Positions 1-14,181 of a stretch of DNA of 62,000 nucleotides are shown piece after piece (position 1 is the stretch's first letter; each line of letters opens with the position of its first letter). Under the pieces are notes generated by a model. That model saw only the letters and a list, made by a program, of their open reading frames with translations. It was not told the DNA's origin and did not search any database. The position numbers and the translations under genes were made by a program. The stretch covers positions 270,244 to 332,243 of the forward strand of contig NW_008806274.1 in assembly GCF_000400465.1 (NCBI RefSeq), in the 5' to 3' direction. Origin of the DNA: Wallemia ichthyophaga EXF-994 (lineage: Eukaryota; Fungi; Basidiomycota).

Positions 1-380
1 TCCTCGACGAACTTTTCCCAATGACAGACAAAACGCTGATGGAGACCCTGGATGGTAACCAACATTCCAACAACGTGCATACGGGTGAGATGTTTGTCGA
101 TTTAGTCGAGCAAACCCGCACCTCGCTCCTAACGTCCGACTTGAAGAGCATCATGACTGACTGTCTCAATAAGAGCTTCGATCAATTGGCAGCCTCACTT
201 TCTCACCTCCCATCTAACAAACTTGCTTCGCAATTACCGAAAGTTAAAAAAAGCGGTCAGACATCCCTCCATTCTGTACCAAACGAGATGGTCGAAATGC
301 TCGCAAATCACGACGATCTGCTCGCTTTTGACGCCCTTATCCAAACCAACTACGAATCTGCCATTGATAAGGTCAAGTGA
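1..380 (+). CDS. PEX3: Peroxin-3, 3' end only (gene starts upstream of the window)
   Basis: C-terminal pattern KLASQLPKV...SVPNEMVEML...LLAFDALIQTNYE resembles the fungal Pex3 C-terminus; stop at 378-380. Confidence 0.65.
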   Translation, partial: LDELFPMTDKTLMETLDGNQHSNNVHTGEMFVDLVEQTRTSLLTSDLKSIMTDCLNKSFDQLAASLSHLPSNKLASQLPKVKKSGQTSLHSVPNEMVEMLANHDDLLAFDALIQTNYESAIDKVK

Positions 381-548
381 AAGTGAGTCATGTAATGGAG
401 TGGACACGCCTATCCTATCTACTATTCTAGCATTCTAGTATCACAAATTGTATATCAAATCATACTTGTACTTGTATACGTTTAAATGAACGTGTATGTA
501 ATTGCATTCGGGGCCGTTCAAGTGGCCGTGAAAATATTCAGCTCCGGA

Positions 549-3500
549 ATGCATAACCTGAAATGGGACGGAGATGTCATTGTCGACATAAACCATCGAG
601 ACAGCACACCAATGAATGAGAAGAGCAACGAATTTTACTCTCTCAATGATGAAGAGTCGCTTCAGCCGCGGTCTAAAAGTAAGGGCAAAGATAGAGGAAA
701 TGGCAACGGCAAAGGCAAGCAACGCATGTCCAATTTCTATCTCGGAGACAAGTACGACGAGACGCTAGAAGATCTAGAAGACAGTTTCTTCAATGCGTCG
801 ACGTCCGCCAACAACAGGCACCACAGCACCACCACCAATTCACCATTACGACCAATCGGCAGCGAAGATTCCATCCAGCAGCTCAAAACTCATGCGGAGA
901 ATTTCGTCAGCCATCACTCCCAACGTCTCTCGGAGACAGCGACAACAACGACGCCGAACAATAGCAGTCCCAGTGCTAGCACGACGACAAGCAGTGACAA
1001 CATATCCAATTTCTCCAATGCATGGGCGAATGCCAAGGCGCATATGAATTTGGGTGGCAGAAACAGCTTTGTTTCAGTTGATTCAGAGGATGGGGAAGGT
1101 AGGTTGCCACGGCCAGTCACCGCCCTAGGTGAAACGTCTATTCTGGGCAATTTGCTTGATCTTTACGCTCATAAAATCGTTGGGCAGCGTGTGTTGGCAG
1201 ATGGTGCACCAGCAGAAGCAGAAGCAGAAGCAGCAGTAGCGCCACTTCCATCACCACCACAGGGAAATATCTCAGGTAACGTGCCCAGGAATGACAGCCC
1301 AGCCGCACCCGAACAGGTCAAGATACCAATGACATCCCTTAATCGCCAGAGCAACCAGGAAACAGTGAGGAGCACGCCTAGTCACTCATCTATTCCCGCC
1401 GTGCGTAGCAGGTCGAACAGCCTGCCGGACGAGACTGGCGTTGCTGCTTCCTATCCACCCAGACCATCCCCAGGCAGGGATGCTAGACGCACATCGCAGC
1501 CTCCCAGGCCGAGCTTTAACATAAATTTTCCTCTCACGCCTGTCGATGAAAATGTTCCTGCGAGGAATAAACCTAACTTGAACATAGAAGTGAACAGGAA
1601 TAGGAGCATGGACTTGAGTAGAAATAGGAGCATGGATATTGAAAGAAACAGAAGCAGAAGCAACTCGGCTGAAAGCACCAAATCTTACACCTCAGTCAAT
1701 CATCTCCTCAAGTCTTTTCCAAATCACTCAAATTTTCACGGGGGCGCTGAATACGACGATGATGACGAAGCCAGTCCTGATGATCTCGCCGAGAATCATC
1801 CTATTAAGAAACTTATATCACCCAGAATGAGTACCGAAAGCGGCCCAAGAGACACATATCCACTTCTCGGAGGAGAGAAAGAAGCTAACGACCCAAAACG
1901 TCCTTCTGATCCGGTGAGCTTAGCTGGATAGAGTCTGTAGCGTCACTCACTTAACTCAACGCAGTTCGAAGATGAATTGGTTAAGAAGATCTCAGATTCA
2001 TTACAAAGACACGATTTTCTGCTCAGATTGGGCAAGGCGTTGATGGATTATGGCGCACCTACACACCGCATTGAGAGCCAACTCTACACTGCGGCTGATT
2101 TTTTAAACGTGCGTGTCTTGCATTCTGCAAGCAAAATGCCAATCTCACACGCTCCCCTTCAGGTATCAGCATCATTCTTATATCTCCCCAATATCCTCAT
2201 GATTACACTGTCAGATTACGACACACATACTTGTGGGTGGTTGCAATCGCGCTAATTCTAATTACCTTACCTTACCTTCAGGCGAGCAATTTTTTCTCAG
2301 ATCCACAGGAGGACTGGACCTATCCAGGCTGAGCAAAGCACACAAAGTGTATGTAGAAGTCATAAATAAAAAAATCAATACCGAGCAGGCATTATGGCGG
2401 TTGCACGATATAGCGGAGTGCGTGAGTTGGGTGAGCTTGAAAAGATGGTGGACATACTGATACACTAAGCTCAGGAAGACCAGTACACTGCACGGCAAAC
2501 GGTTCTTATTGGCGCTTTAGCCAGTGCTGCAGTAGCCCCAATGGCATTCAGCGCAAGGTATGTATGTGTTACGAGCGTCGCATTCACGCCACTCAAACCC
2601 ACCACAGTCTGGCAGACATCCCAGTCGTCTTCTTTCTCGGAGGATTTCTCACATTTGTGAAAGTGAGCGGCGTGCTAAAGAGCGAGTCGTTTGGATTCAT
2701 ATTGGAAATATCGTGTGCGTGTCTCATATCTGTGAGTGGGATTCACGACAACAGCTCAAACACACAAGCTGACCAGTTTTATCACCACTACCACACTAAC
2801 AGATGGCTGCACGCGGTCTATTTACAACCGGCGTATTCTGCTTCCAGTCCATCGCAGCTAGCGCGATTGTGTTGATATTACCCGGATGGATCATAGCGTG
2901 CGGGGCGCTAGAGCTCGCCTCGCGCAATATAGTCTCAGGCTCTATTCGCGTCGTTTACGCTCTATGCTACTCTATGTTCCTCGGATTCGCGATCAGCATC
3001 GGCAGCGATTTTATCAGTGTTCTCGCAGTCCACGACAACAGCGACCAGCATGATCAGTTTGACACGGTCACTCTCAGCGGCACGTTCCTTCCTAACTCGT
3101 CTTTCTCAGATATCAACAACCCAATCGAAGAGGGCAGCTTCACTTTCACTAATACTTCAGCACCGACATACCACGGAGATGTTGTATGTGTGCGTCACCC
3201 TGATGCACCGTTCTATCTCAAGACTATGCCTAAGATTTATCTCCTCGTTTGCGCTCCTGTCTTCGCGGCGTTTTTGTCCATGTACAACAAGGCTGACTGG
3301 CGCAAGTCTGAGATGTGGATTGGCGTAATCATTAGTTGCTCGGGCTATGCTTCCAACGTCGCTACTACTATGTTCGCCCCAAATCGCTCAGATATTATCA
3401 GCTCAGTGTCATCTTTCACCGTCGGATTTCTAGGTAATTGTTATTCCAGATTGTTTAAGCGCTCGGCTTTTCCTGTCACTGTTACGGGCATCCTCCTCTG

Positions 3501-3699
3501 TGTTCCCAACGGTATAAGTGCTGCGGGCGGCATTGCCATGTCTAACCCTAGTCCTGACAATGAATCGTCCTTCAGTCGTGGTTTGGTTATTGGATTAAGA
3601 ATGTTCCAGGTCGCTGTCGGTATCGTCGTTGGGTTGTTTTTGTCAACCATTTTCGTTTACAACATCGGTGCTAAAAGAGGCTTCCTCTTTAGCTTCTAG
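549..3699 (+). CDS. ThrE/DUF1212 (PRM10-like) multi-pass membrane protein, multi-exon
   Basis: Long disordered N-terminus, then FLLRLGKALMDYGAPTHRIESQL, ILPGWIIACGALELASRNIVSGS and ILLCVPNG motifs of fungal ThrE-family proteins; several short GT-AG introns between about 1914 and 2810. Confidence 0.8.
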
Positions 3700-4031
3700 A
3701 TAGTTAATTTTACGTATATCTTGGATATATTGTTCAGTATTTTATGAATTATTTTCTTAACGATGCTACGAAATTCGGTACGAATCATGCATGCCGGCTT
3801 CGGTGCAAATTCTCACTGTTTTGTTCCGCTGCCCGATAAGGAAATATGGTAGTTTATACAATTGGATGTGAGTTAAGTATCCTATTATTCGCAGATTTAA
3901 TCTTATAAAGCTGTCGCTGTTTTCATATTTTTCCCAGAGATGAATTATTTCACCAAACAAGTCGACGCGAATAAGGAGGCGGATTGAAGTGACTAGGCTT
4001 CTTTAAGAGCAAATAAATAGCAAATATACTA

Positions 4032-4556
4032 ATGCTAACATTAAAATTCCTCTACAAGCGTCGTAAGTGGGCTACCTACAATGATTGTTACATGACACCC
4101 ATAGTTCTCGCACACACCAAACGCAGACGCCGTAGATCAGCTCCAGAGCTGCCACAGTCGGAAAGTTTCAAATGCATAGGAATTCTTGACGAGGAGTCAA
4201 TGTTTGACATGTTCGACCAGATGTACAACACGCCTATACTGACACATAGACCGAATTTGACATACTACGAGATGTGGTATAGGAACCTGAAGCACTACGA
4301 TCACATTGCGGCTAGTGTGAATCTCTCTAGCACCTCCAGCTCAACTAGCAACGTTTTCAAATTCACTCCTCACAACAGCCCAGTCATCAAACATCATAAA
4401 AATATCGATAGAGGTAGTGATGGAAGCTTTAGTAGCAGTATTTTTGATAATCTTTCTATGCTTGATTCACCTTCTTCTGCTCCAACTAGACCGTCGATGC
4501 GCGAAGTTGTTGTCGATGGCGAAATTGTCACTATCGAATTCTCGCTCAGGATTTAA
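4032..4556 (+). CDS. Hypothetical protein (174 aa)
   Basis: ATG-initiated uninterrupted ORF between two genes; no recognisable motif. Confidence 0.4.
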   Translation: MLTLKFLYKRRKWATYNDCYMTPIVLAHTKRRRRRSAPELPQSESFKCIGILDEESMFDMFDQMYNTPILTHRPNLTYYEMWYRNLKHYDHIAASVNLSSTSSSTSNVFKFTPHNSPVIKHHKNIDRGSDGSFSSSIFDNLSMLDSPSSAPTRPSMREVVVDGEIVTIEFSLRI

Positions 4557-4671
4557 TGTGATGCAGCGGATATTTAAAAGATATTGAGACACTCGACTTT
4601 CGCAAACTCGCACACGTGCACAAATCGCTCTTAATTTATATTCCAAAGCATTATTCCTACTTCTGCGTTAT

Positions 4672-6040
4672 TCAATTGTTATTTGAAGATACTTCTATTG
4701 AGCTGTACTTTGAAATTAGAAATTGAGTGAATTGAGTGAGAGTACAAGACACTTGCAAAACTGCTGAAGTTCTTGAAAGAAGCAAACGATATATAAAATT
4801 ACAACAAGGCTTTTTTATTTTAAACTCACAAAAAGTGGTAATCAATGCTTTCAATGCTAATACGATGTTGTTTATAGTCAAATTTCTGCCAGGTAATTCT
4901 ATTCTGAAAAAGTAGCGCGGCGGAAGAATTTTGACTCTCCAAGAAAACATAATGGATCGATGAATTCTGCTTTGCTTGGTACTTAGATGATTTAATTCTA
5001 GGAAAGCGGTACTTGTCGAAATTTTTGTGGAACACTCCTAGTTTCAATTTCTTCAAATTTGGCATCTCTGATAGGAAGCAGCAAGTAGGGAAGTTCGGGT
5101 ACAGATTAAAACGACTAAAAGTATCAATGCTGCAGCCCCAAATTAGGGATTCATCCACTACATAGTCTGTTGTAATAGAAAGATCTTTAACGATCATCAT
5201 TGCTTCCAATGAATACCGAAAGCAATTGAGTTTTCCTGAAGTAGAGTAAATACCCCAAATAAGAGTGTCATTATACCGGTGAAAAATTCGACTGTTCAAA
5301 CTGAAACTCCAATCATTTATATTTTAAAAGCGATCAAAATTGACATGGCGCAAATGCAACATCTTCACTTCAGCACAAAGAGATTTGGTGATATGCTCAG
5401 GAGTGATTGATAACAGCCTGAAACTGCTGCAAGCAGAGATGGAAAGATCGATAGCTCTAAGAAATCTTGAAAGCGTGATTATTCTCTATTTAATCATAAT
5501 TGCTAGTTTCAATCTTGTATTAAATTCTGTTGAAATGGGCTAGACCATCATCATCACATAAGTCTTGGTAAACTTCTGGTGGTGAACCTTAACAAACACG
5601 CTACCCAATTTACTACCAGAACACTCCCTCAAATTGATCCAGTCTTTGAGCTCTTGAGCGTCAGTTTGATTTTTAGGTGAAAACGTTGCTCTCGAGAAAA
5701 CTATTAAGCAGAAATTCAGTTAAGGTCTAATGTGAGAATGTTGACTACTATTCATGCACCTAATGACTTCCATTCTACCATTTCCGATTACTGGCAGCCA
5801 CTCTCTTCTACCTGTGGCTTTGTTGAAACCTTTCAACAAAACTTTTCGTGAAAAGTTTCACACATTAAAGTGTCTACTATTCTCACTATAAATCTAACGT
5901 TAAATTACATAGTCCTCTCGTTTTGGAGATTTTGGAAGCGGTGCAAGAGGAGGTAGATTGAATGAGATTGAGTGGATGGAATTGGCGAAATAGCAGCCTT
6001 GATGGCTCGAACCAAAAAAATTGAATGTTTGGGGTTGCAT
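4672..6040 (-). pseudogene. AT-rich gene-like fragments with LRR-like stretches; decayed gene or unresolved multi-exon gene
   Basis: Fragments such as MPNLKKLKLGVF lie in several frames separated by stops; I could not build a clean splice model. Confidence 0.25.
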
Positions 6041-6159
6041 GTTCTAAGCGATGTTAATTATTGTTAATTTGTGTAAAAATGTACATTCAGATGAAAATCA
6101 GCTACATAACAAAGAAAGAGAAGGAACTAAGCGATACGAAAACACGTAAGATATACAGC

Positions 6160-9100
6160 CTATTTGCCAACCTCGCAGATAAGATCACCGGCGGAGATGC
6201 TATCACTTTCAGTGACGACGACTCTGTTAATCTTGCCTGAGGCAGGAGAAGAGATAGAGTTCTCCATCTTCATAGCGCTAATAACAGCGAGAGGGTCACC
6301 CTCCTTGACTTCCTGACCCTGGCTCACGCGCAACTCGATAATGACACCACCCATTGGTGCACCGACGCTACCTGGTTCTCTCGATGCTTTTTCTCTCTGG
6401 ACGTGCTCGACAGCGGCCGACTTATCGTCGATACTGACAGCACGCACCTCACCATTAAGTTCGAAAAAGACGTCGCGCTGTCCTTTCTGTTGATCGAGCG
6501 CACCAACAGCAAGTAGCTTGATGAGAAGCGTCTTGCCCTGGTCGATAGTGACGTTCACCTCCTCGCCGATCTGTGGAGGAGCAAGGAAAATGCGCGTAGG
6601 TACTGCCGAAAGGTCACCGTGTTTTTCGATAAAGTTTTGGTACTGTATGTTTGTCAGGTATATCAGTCACTGCATTCAATACCACATTCCACTCACCTCT
6701 TCGAACACCTTCGGATAGAGACAGTAAGAAGACACGTCAGCGTCAGTGATATGCTTGCCGTATTTAGCTACAAGCTCCTTCTTTACAGCAGGCAAATTGA
6801 CCGGCATCATTCCCACACCCGGTCTACCGTCAATACGTGGTTTGTCACGGATAATCTTTGTTCTGAGCGGCTCTGGGAATCCACCGACAGGCTGACCGAG
6901 GTAACCTTGGAAGAACTCTATGACAGAGTTAGGGAAGTCGAGCTTATCAGCGCGCTCTTCGATGTCTTGCTTCGACAATTGACTCGAGACCATGAATTGT
7001 GCAAGGTCTCCAACGACCTTGGACGATGGAGTAACTTTGACGATGTTTCCACATAGCTCGTTTGCCTCGATGTACTTCTGCTTGATCTCAGTCCACTGTG
7101 TTCCCAAGCCGAGCTGCTGCGCCTGGAACATGAGGTTGGTGTACTGTCCACCCGGCATCTCGTGGTCGAACACTCCCGAGTCAGAAGAGCGCACGTTAGC
7201 TTCGAAGCATTGGTACAGAATGCGACACTGCGTCCAGTACAGGTTGAGAGCTTGAATGTCATCGTGGCGGATACCAGCACCGAGACCAGTCTGCTCGAGC
7301 GCAGACACAACTGCTCCCATTGATGGCTGTGAAGTAAGCCCGGACATGCTGTCGATGGCGACATCAACAACATCTGCACCTGCCTGTGCACACGCGAGCA
7401 TAGAAGCTGCTGAAATACCGGCAGTGTCGTGCGAGTGGACGTGGATTGGCAGCTCTGGGAAGCGTTGACGGAGTGCGCCGATCAACTTTGTAGCAGCGTG
7501 CGGTTTGAGCAAGCCTGCCATATCCTTGATACCGAGGACGTGGATTCCGCAGTCTACCAACTCTTGGACAAAGTTAATGTAGTATTCGAGCGTGTACTTT
7601 TTCTCCTTTTCAGAAGCCACATCACCCGTGTAACACACAGTAGCTTCAACCACACCGCCCGCTTTCTTCGCAGCGTCAATACCCAGTTTCATGTTTTCAA
7701 TATAGTTGAGCGAGTCGAATACGCGGAAAATATCGAGTCCGTTTTCTACAGCCTTCTTGCTAAAGTCGTAGATAACGTTGTCGGGGTATGACGTGTAGCC
7801 GACACCGTTAGCACCGCGCACCAGTGCCTGGAAGGGAACGTTAGGGACGAGTTTACGCAATGTGCGCAGTCTAGCCCAAGGATCTTCGTAGAGGAAACGC
7901 ATAGCAACATCAAAAGTAGCACCACCCCAGCATTCCAAGGAATATGCGTTGCTTAATGCATGTGAGGTCTCCTTTGCAATGTTCGCCATATCGACAGTAC
8001 GCAGACGCGTAGCGAGGAGCGATTGGTGGGCGTCTCTCCACGTGGTGTCCATAATAAGACATCCTTTGTAGTCTCTTATGGCCTTGGCGAAGCCCTCTGG
8101 ACCCTTGTCAAGGATTACGTTACGCCATCCCTTCTCGCACGGCTCAGAAGTATCAAGAGGCTTGTTGCTGCCGTCGCGCGATGGGAGCTGAGGCACGACA
8201 ATTTCCGATTTGAGACCCGGTTCGCCTACTTGTCCCTTTATTGAGGATCCATTGACAACAACATCTCCGAGGTATGTCAGCAGCTTTTGCGCTCTGTTCT
8301 GCGATGTTACCAGCTTGAAGAGCTCAGGGCTGTCGTCGATAAAGGTGGTCCAGGTGTTACCAGCAACAAAGATTTCATGGGTGAGCAAACGGAACAGGAA
8401 GGGAATGTTTGTCTTGACACCGCGGATGCGGAACTCTACGAGAGCGCGGAGCATCTTGCGGCGGGCGAGATCGTACGATTGGCCTCTTACTGAAACCTTG
8501 ACTAGGAGAGAGTCGTAGTGTGGAGTGATGACTGCACCTGCATAGCCATTTGAGGCATCCAATCTAATACCGTTACCACCGGCGGATCTGTATACCTCAA
8601 TTCTGCCGGTATCTGGAGCAAAGCCTACTGAGGGGTCTTCGGTGGTGATTCTGCATTGAATTGCCGAGCCGCGCTTGGTGATGTTTTCTTGCAGAAGACC
8701 TAACTGAGTGAGTGAAGCACCAGTAGCGATTTGGATCTGCGCAGCGACAATGTCGATACCGGTGATTTCCTCTGTGATAGTATGTTCGACTTGAATACGT
8801 GGGTTTATTTCAATAAAGTAGTGTCTGCCCATCCGATCGACCAAGACTGTTTCTGTGTTAGATTGTGCGTCTCAGAGGGATATAAAAAACACCCACACTC
8901 TGCGGTACCAGCGTTGCGATAACCGATAGCCCTAGCGAGAGTCTTTGCATCGTTGAGGATGGAGTCGCGGACTTCATCTGAAAGGTTTGGAGCAGGAGCG
9001 ATCTCTACGACCTTTTGGTGACGACGCTGAACAGAGCAGTCACGTTCGAACAAGTGAATAACATTACCATGGCTGTCTGCAAGTAGCTGAACCTCGATGT

Positions 9101-9903
9101 GACGTGGGTGATCTAGGAATCTCTCGACAAAGACAGTACCATCGCCGAACGCCGATGTAGCTTCAGAGACAGCTCTGCCGAAAGCCTCCTTGAATTCACC
9201 TTGAGATCTGACAACACGCATACCACGGCCACCACCGCCCATAGCAGCCTTAATGATGACTGGAAATCCATATTCTTGGATGAAGTCGTTTGCTTGGTCG
9301 TAAGAGTCGATTGGGCCTTTAGTTCCAGGAACGACAGGGACGTTGTTGTTCATAGCGAGAGTGCGTGCCTTGGTCTGTGGAGGAGTGTATTAGTGGGGTG
9401 TTTGAGCGTAAAATGAGGAAAACAGGTAAACCAACCTTATCTCCGAGACCATCGATGGCTTCCGGAGTAGGACCAACAAAAGTGATGCCATTTTCAAAGC
9501 ACTTTCTTGCGAAATCTGCATTTTCAGACAAGAAACCGTATCCAGGGTGTATCAAGTCGACGCAGTGGTCTTTGGCGATTCTGATGATGTCATCTTGGTC
9601 GAGGTACGCGGATACGGGTGGTTTGCCAGCACCAACTTGATAGGCCTCGTCTGACTTGTAGCGGTGGGAGGATAATCTGTCTTCGTGGGAGTAGATGGAC
9701 ACTGTTTGCATCGATAGTTCGTGTACAGATCTTATGATTCTCACAGCAATTTCGCCTCTGTTTGCTATCAAGAGACGCTTGCCCTGGAGTGGCTGTCCAG
9801 ATTTGGTGCGGATGTCGTGGATGGACGTCGGACCCGGTGTGGAAGGCACCGAGGATGATTCTCTGAACTCAGCAGCGAATTGAGAATGTGCGTTTGGGTT
9901 CAT
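6160..9903 (-). CDS. PYC1: Pyruvate carboxylase (multi-exon)
   Basis: LIANRGEIA biotin-carboxylase start, RDAHQSLLATR carboxyltransferase motif, ECWGGATFD, and AMKM biotin-attachment motif near the C-terminus; introns at about 9370-9436, 8852-8900 and 6640-6700. Confidence 0.97.
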
Positions 9904-10906
9904 TGGTGTTTTGGTTTGATGATGATGGTTAGAGATCAAGATGTGCGAGAATGGAATGTTGAGTATTTAATGCCGAGAGATGTGCTGTGACAATCCGTTG
10001 CAGTGGATTTAATTGGGGAGAGCGACACGTGCACAAATACAAGCGAGCAAATACTCAGCAAATACGCTGCTCTATAAAGCCATCTTACAATCCATCTTGT
10101 CTTATCTATTTGATTCTATATTTCGCTGAAATATTTCCAGTTTTAAGACGATTTGTGCGGTGTTCGCGGGGTATTTGTACATGACTCTTATGTAATTTCC
10201 ACAAATCTCCGCCCTCTCTATGGCCTACATTATCGCACTTTTATTCCGGCGGTTCAATTCCGCATATCCACAAACGACCACAAAACGCGGAGTCAGCTTA
10301 CATAAACCCAATTGAAGCTTTTCATTTATGCTACTAGCACATTCATTTTCTTAACCGTCTTTGGCAGGTGTTAATCTCGCCGGAGAAGACCGAAGAATTA
10401 TCATTATCTCGGTTGAATATTAAATTGCGAGGATGCGGCGGACGATAAGAATGAGGAGCCCGAAGACTGAAAACGCTGAAACAAGTAAGGAGCGGTCACA
10501 TTCCCGTGTTGTGATGATAAAAAGCGGCGAATGCCCCTTATCAGTGATGACGTAGATACCTTTAATTCCACTTGTCCAAAGTACCAAAGTACTGCATCTT
10601 GCCCTATGGCCTGTTTCGAACTTATTTCACCTCTTTGTACCTTTCACTGCACTATCATGCATGTAAGCCCAACCAGCTTCAAATCTTCAATATTTCTCCG
10701 AGTCGATGCAGCTATCTCATTTTGATGGATGATTGATAGAAATTTTTAAAAAATATCTGAATGTAATAACTTGTTGCCTTTTAATAACAGTATTATAGTA
10801 ATACGCAAGTTCACATCCCGTCTTAGATCTCATTTGGAAAGTGAAAAGTGAAAATTAGCACATATCCAAGATACTCGCTCATGTGCTATTAAGACAGCTG
10901 CTCCTA

Positions 10907-11957
10907 TTAGAGGCACCTATACGTATTTTTGGTCTTTCGAAGATCCTCTTTGTCTTTCAAAAGCTGCTTGATGGGTTCCTTTGCCGGAAAGTGAGGGGTA
11001 GCATAGCGAATTTTGAAGGTCTTTGGGGTCTTAGCAGGGGTTCTGATATCTTTCAACACCTGAACGTTAGTTTGAGCGTCGTTATCATCGTAATCTTCGT
11101 TGTCGTCGTCATCGCATTCGGCATCCATTTCACCCACACTATCTACATTCGTTACCGCCTCAATAAGCGATAAGCGTCTCGCTTCATTGTCAAATCTCTC
11201 CAAAAACACCAATAGCACCCCTCACTCTCTGCGGCTATCTCACTCATTTCATCTGTATATGAGATTGTTGGCAATATCATACATATGAAGTTGACTAAAG
11301 AGGTTTTCGTATCCCGAAAGACGCTCTTCAAGCTCTTGCACACGTTGGCGAAGGCATGTGTACATGTGAGGATGAGGCCGAGACGAGTTTGCGAGTGTAT
11401 GGGAGGAGGTTTGCAGGGCCTCCTCTGGCGTCGACTCACGCTCCCCTTTGGATGGAGCTTGTTGAGTTTCTTGTAGTTTTGGTGATAGTTTGACTATCTC
11501 GAATGTCTCATGTGCGTTGCTGTGTTGATTATTGCGGGTGTCTTGCATTTTTTCATCGACTTCTTCTTCGACGTGATCAATGTTGTTGATGGCCAACTCA
11601 AAGTTTTCAGAATCCTCAGCATGCTCAGGCCTCTCAGCATTCTCATCCTCGGAATAACTAACATCGATAGCGAGAAAGAGTGGGAGCCCTACCTGCGATT
11701 ATAGCGCCACCATCATCAGTCTTATGGGCTATTGGACAAGTGGTGGCAGTCGAATTCTTCAGATTGCGCACGAACGATGTTCGATTGGTAATACTGCGCT
11801 TTTGAGGCACGTTTGTGGCTGGTCTTCCCCTTTCTTTGTCTGTTTGTGGTGTGCGATGGGTGGTTGTGGCGGGAGCACTGACGCAGCTATCTGCACCCCG
11901 GGTGCTCTCTCGTAAGTAAATTATGAACAAAACTCTACTAACTTTGCGGGGTTCCAT
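10907..11957 (-). CDS. Hypothetical multi-exon protein with a short coiled coil
   Basis: ORF pieces joined by GTAAGT..AG (after MEPRK) and GTATGA..CAG introns; LRQRVQELEERL coiled coil; acidic tract. Confidence 0.45.
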
Positions 11958-12090
11958 TGGTGTTTGGTTTGCGCTCGTGTGTTGATGTGATGATATCGAT
12001 TGCTAGTCGAAACGATAGGAAGGGAATGAACAAATGTAATTGGTAAACATAATTCAGCTCAAAATACAACATATTTAAAGATATAATGAA

Positions 12091-13326
12091 TTACGCAGCT
12101 TCAAAAAACATATTTGGCAAATTGCTTCGTGGAGTCTTCGGCGTCTTTAACGGATCTTGTTTGTGACTTGGTATTGGTGCAGTGCTTATCGTTTCAAGCT
12201 CTTCTTCGGGGTCTGATGGGATATTGCAGACGGCATTGGCAGTTGACGGTCCAGCTTCACAATTTGTAATGCAATTGGTGTGCTGATTGGCGTGCTCAGC
12301 ATCTTGGTTACTGGTGTGCTTATTATCGCTATCCCCCTCTGCTTCTCTTTCTGCCGATGCGAAGCTTCGCCAGTCTCCTCAACATTTAAGCTAGGGACGG
12401 ACTAAACTACTGACGATAACGACTACCCTTTTTGCCCTCTTGAAAATACCCTTACGATGTTTGTTTTCTTTGACATACGACTTGTCACTATCCTTCTCGT
12501 TCGCACCACTCTCACATTCCCTTAACATTTCTAAAATATCCTCGATACACTTCGTCGCAATCATCTCACCCTCTACAAATGTCTGAAGATGAGCTATGCG
12601 AGCGCTGAAATTGATATCGAGCATTTTCACGCTTTTGCTCAGTGGCAAGAGATTATCAGCAACGAAGCCTCTAGAAGCCTTGTTGTTTACCATTGATGCT
12701 GTACATTGCTTCAGATGCTCCCGCTAGTCCTCAAGTTTAGCAATAGCCGGGGAAGCTGTGTCTCTTAAACTAGTCAAAGCGCCCTGCTCGCCAGTGTCAA
12801 GACTCTCAGCTTTCTCAGCACTTCCGCCACTTAATAGCTCACCTTACCACTTCCTTTGCTCCCTCTCTGTCTTCTCAATCTATAGCGCTTCCACGCGTAT
12901 TTTGAGATGGTTGAGCATTTGGTGCAGAGCTGCTGTGTCTAAGCCTTGGGTATGTAGATAATCAGGCGAGGATGTTTGCGCTCTTTTGCGCCCTGCCAAC
13001 TTGTGGTCATGCCCTTCAAAGCCGTCCAGCGAGATTATGGTTTGCGCAATTGTATCTGGAGGAGTGGCAGAATGCGTCGAGGGCGTCAAGTGTAAAGGAT
13101 TCTGAGCCAGGAATTCTAGATGAACATTTTCGTCTATAGTATCTCCCGTAGGCATCAGCAAGCGATCGAATATGCCGAGTGGAGGTGTAGAGGAGAATAT
13201 AAAGTGTGATGTGCAGGGCTGCGTCATTGGGAAGATATTGAGCGATGGTGAATCCTTTGCGTCGTCACTGCTGTGTGCTGACATGCGTATATCGGATGCA
13301 ATGGTGGCAGTTGAGGCTAAGGACAT
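12091..13326 (-). CDS. Hypothetical multi-exon protein (may extend upstream to about 13946)
   Basis: Successive ORF segments 12880-13326 and 12391-12693 plus a final exon ending NMFFEAA* at 12091, separated by intron-like gaps. Confidence 0.4.
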
Positions 13327-14181
13327 CGTAGAGATGTCGCGCTAGATTGCGCTACAGCCACCTGCTGGCGTTAGATTTGAGAGATTAAAGAAATTGACTT
13401 GTTGATTATCGAAGGATGTTGCTATTTAGCCCAAGTCTTACACGCCGACAAATTCAATATTCTTTGACGTGCAGCGCTAGTGCCATTCTCCTGACAACCA
13501 GCTGTGCTGGTCAATGAGCTCATTTAGATTGTACCGACGAATAGCGCAACCTGCGACCACCACTGACAACCTGTGACAAGTGACGTCTGGTACGGAGCTC
13601 AGTCTAATCACGCTGCGCAGCTGTATAATCTCGATAGACAGCTCGTCATTGACGCAGGTACTCAGATTAAATCTCTTAGCGATGCACAGCGTGAGTAGAC
13701 TGCACGGCTAGGCGTGGGCTGGAGGAGAGTGATTCAGGATAGCTGGTACAGCTGGGCTAGATGGGTGATGCAGTGCACTCAGCGCTGTCAAAAGTTTTAA
13801 ATGGCGCATTTAGCAATTCTATCGCAATCACATCACCCGGAAGACTTGAAAGCCTTGAAAGCCTTGAGAGTAATAGGATTTGTCCAAGTAAGCCTCTTTC
13901 GTTGGCATCTGTGAATCGGTGCACGACTCTAGCCATAAGCTCATGACGTCAAATTTTCCGAGCCCCAAAAACGGAAGGAGAGGCATTGAAGTAAGAGCAG
14001 GCTATTCAAATACACAAGCACTTTCATCCCTCAGGACATTACGTAATCACGAAAACTGTTAACGATTGTGTGCTGACAAAGTAGATGACGTGCTGAGTCT
14101 TAGGTGAAATGAATTCGGGAGTTTGACTTGATCCGTGTCCGCTAACATCAAAAATAAAGTCAAACTATCAAATCATTCGGG

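Noticed and set aside
6300-9900. Many antisense and alternative-frame ORFs over PYC and other long genes
   Set aside because: Typical shadow ORFs of GC-balanced coding sequence, with no motifs.
10249-10263. GCGG-TTCAATT-CCGC, resembling a tRNA T-arm or B-box
   Set aside because: No D-arm, anticodon arm or acceptor stem; at most an isolated B-box-like site in the PYC upstream region.
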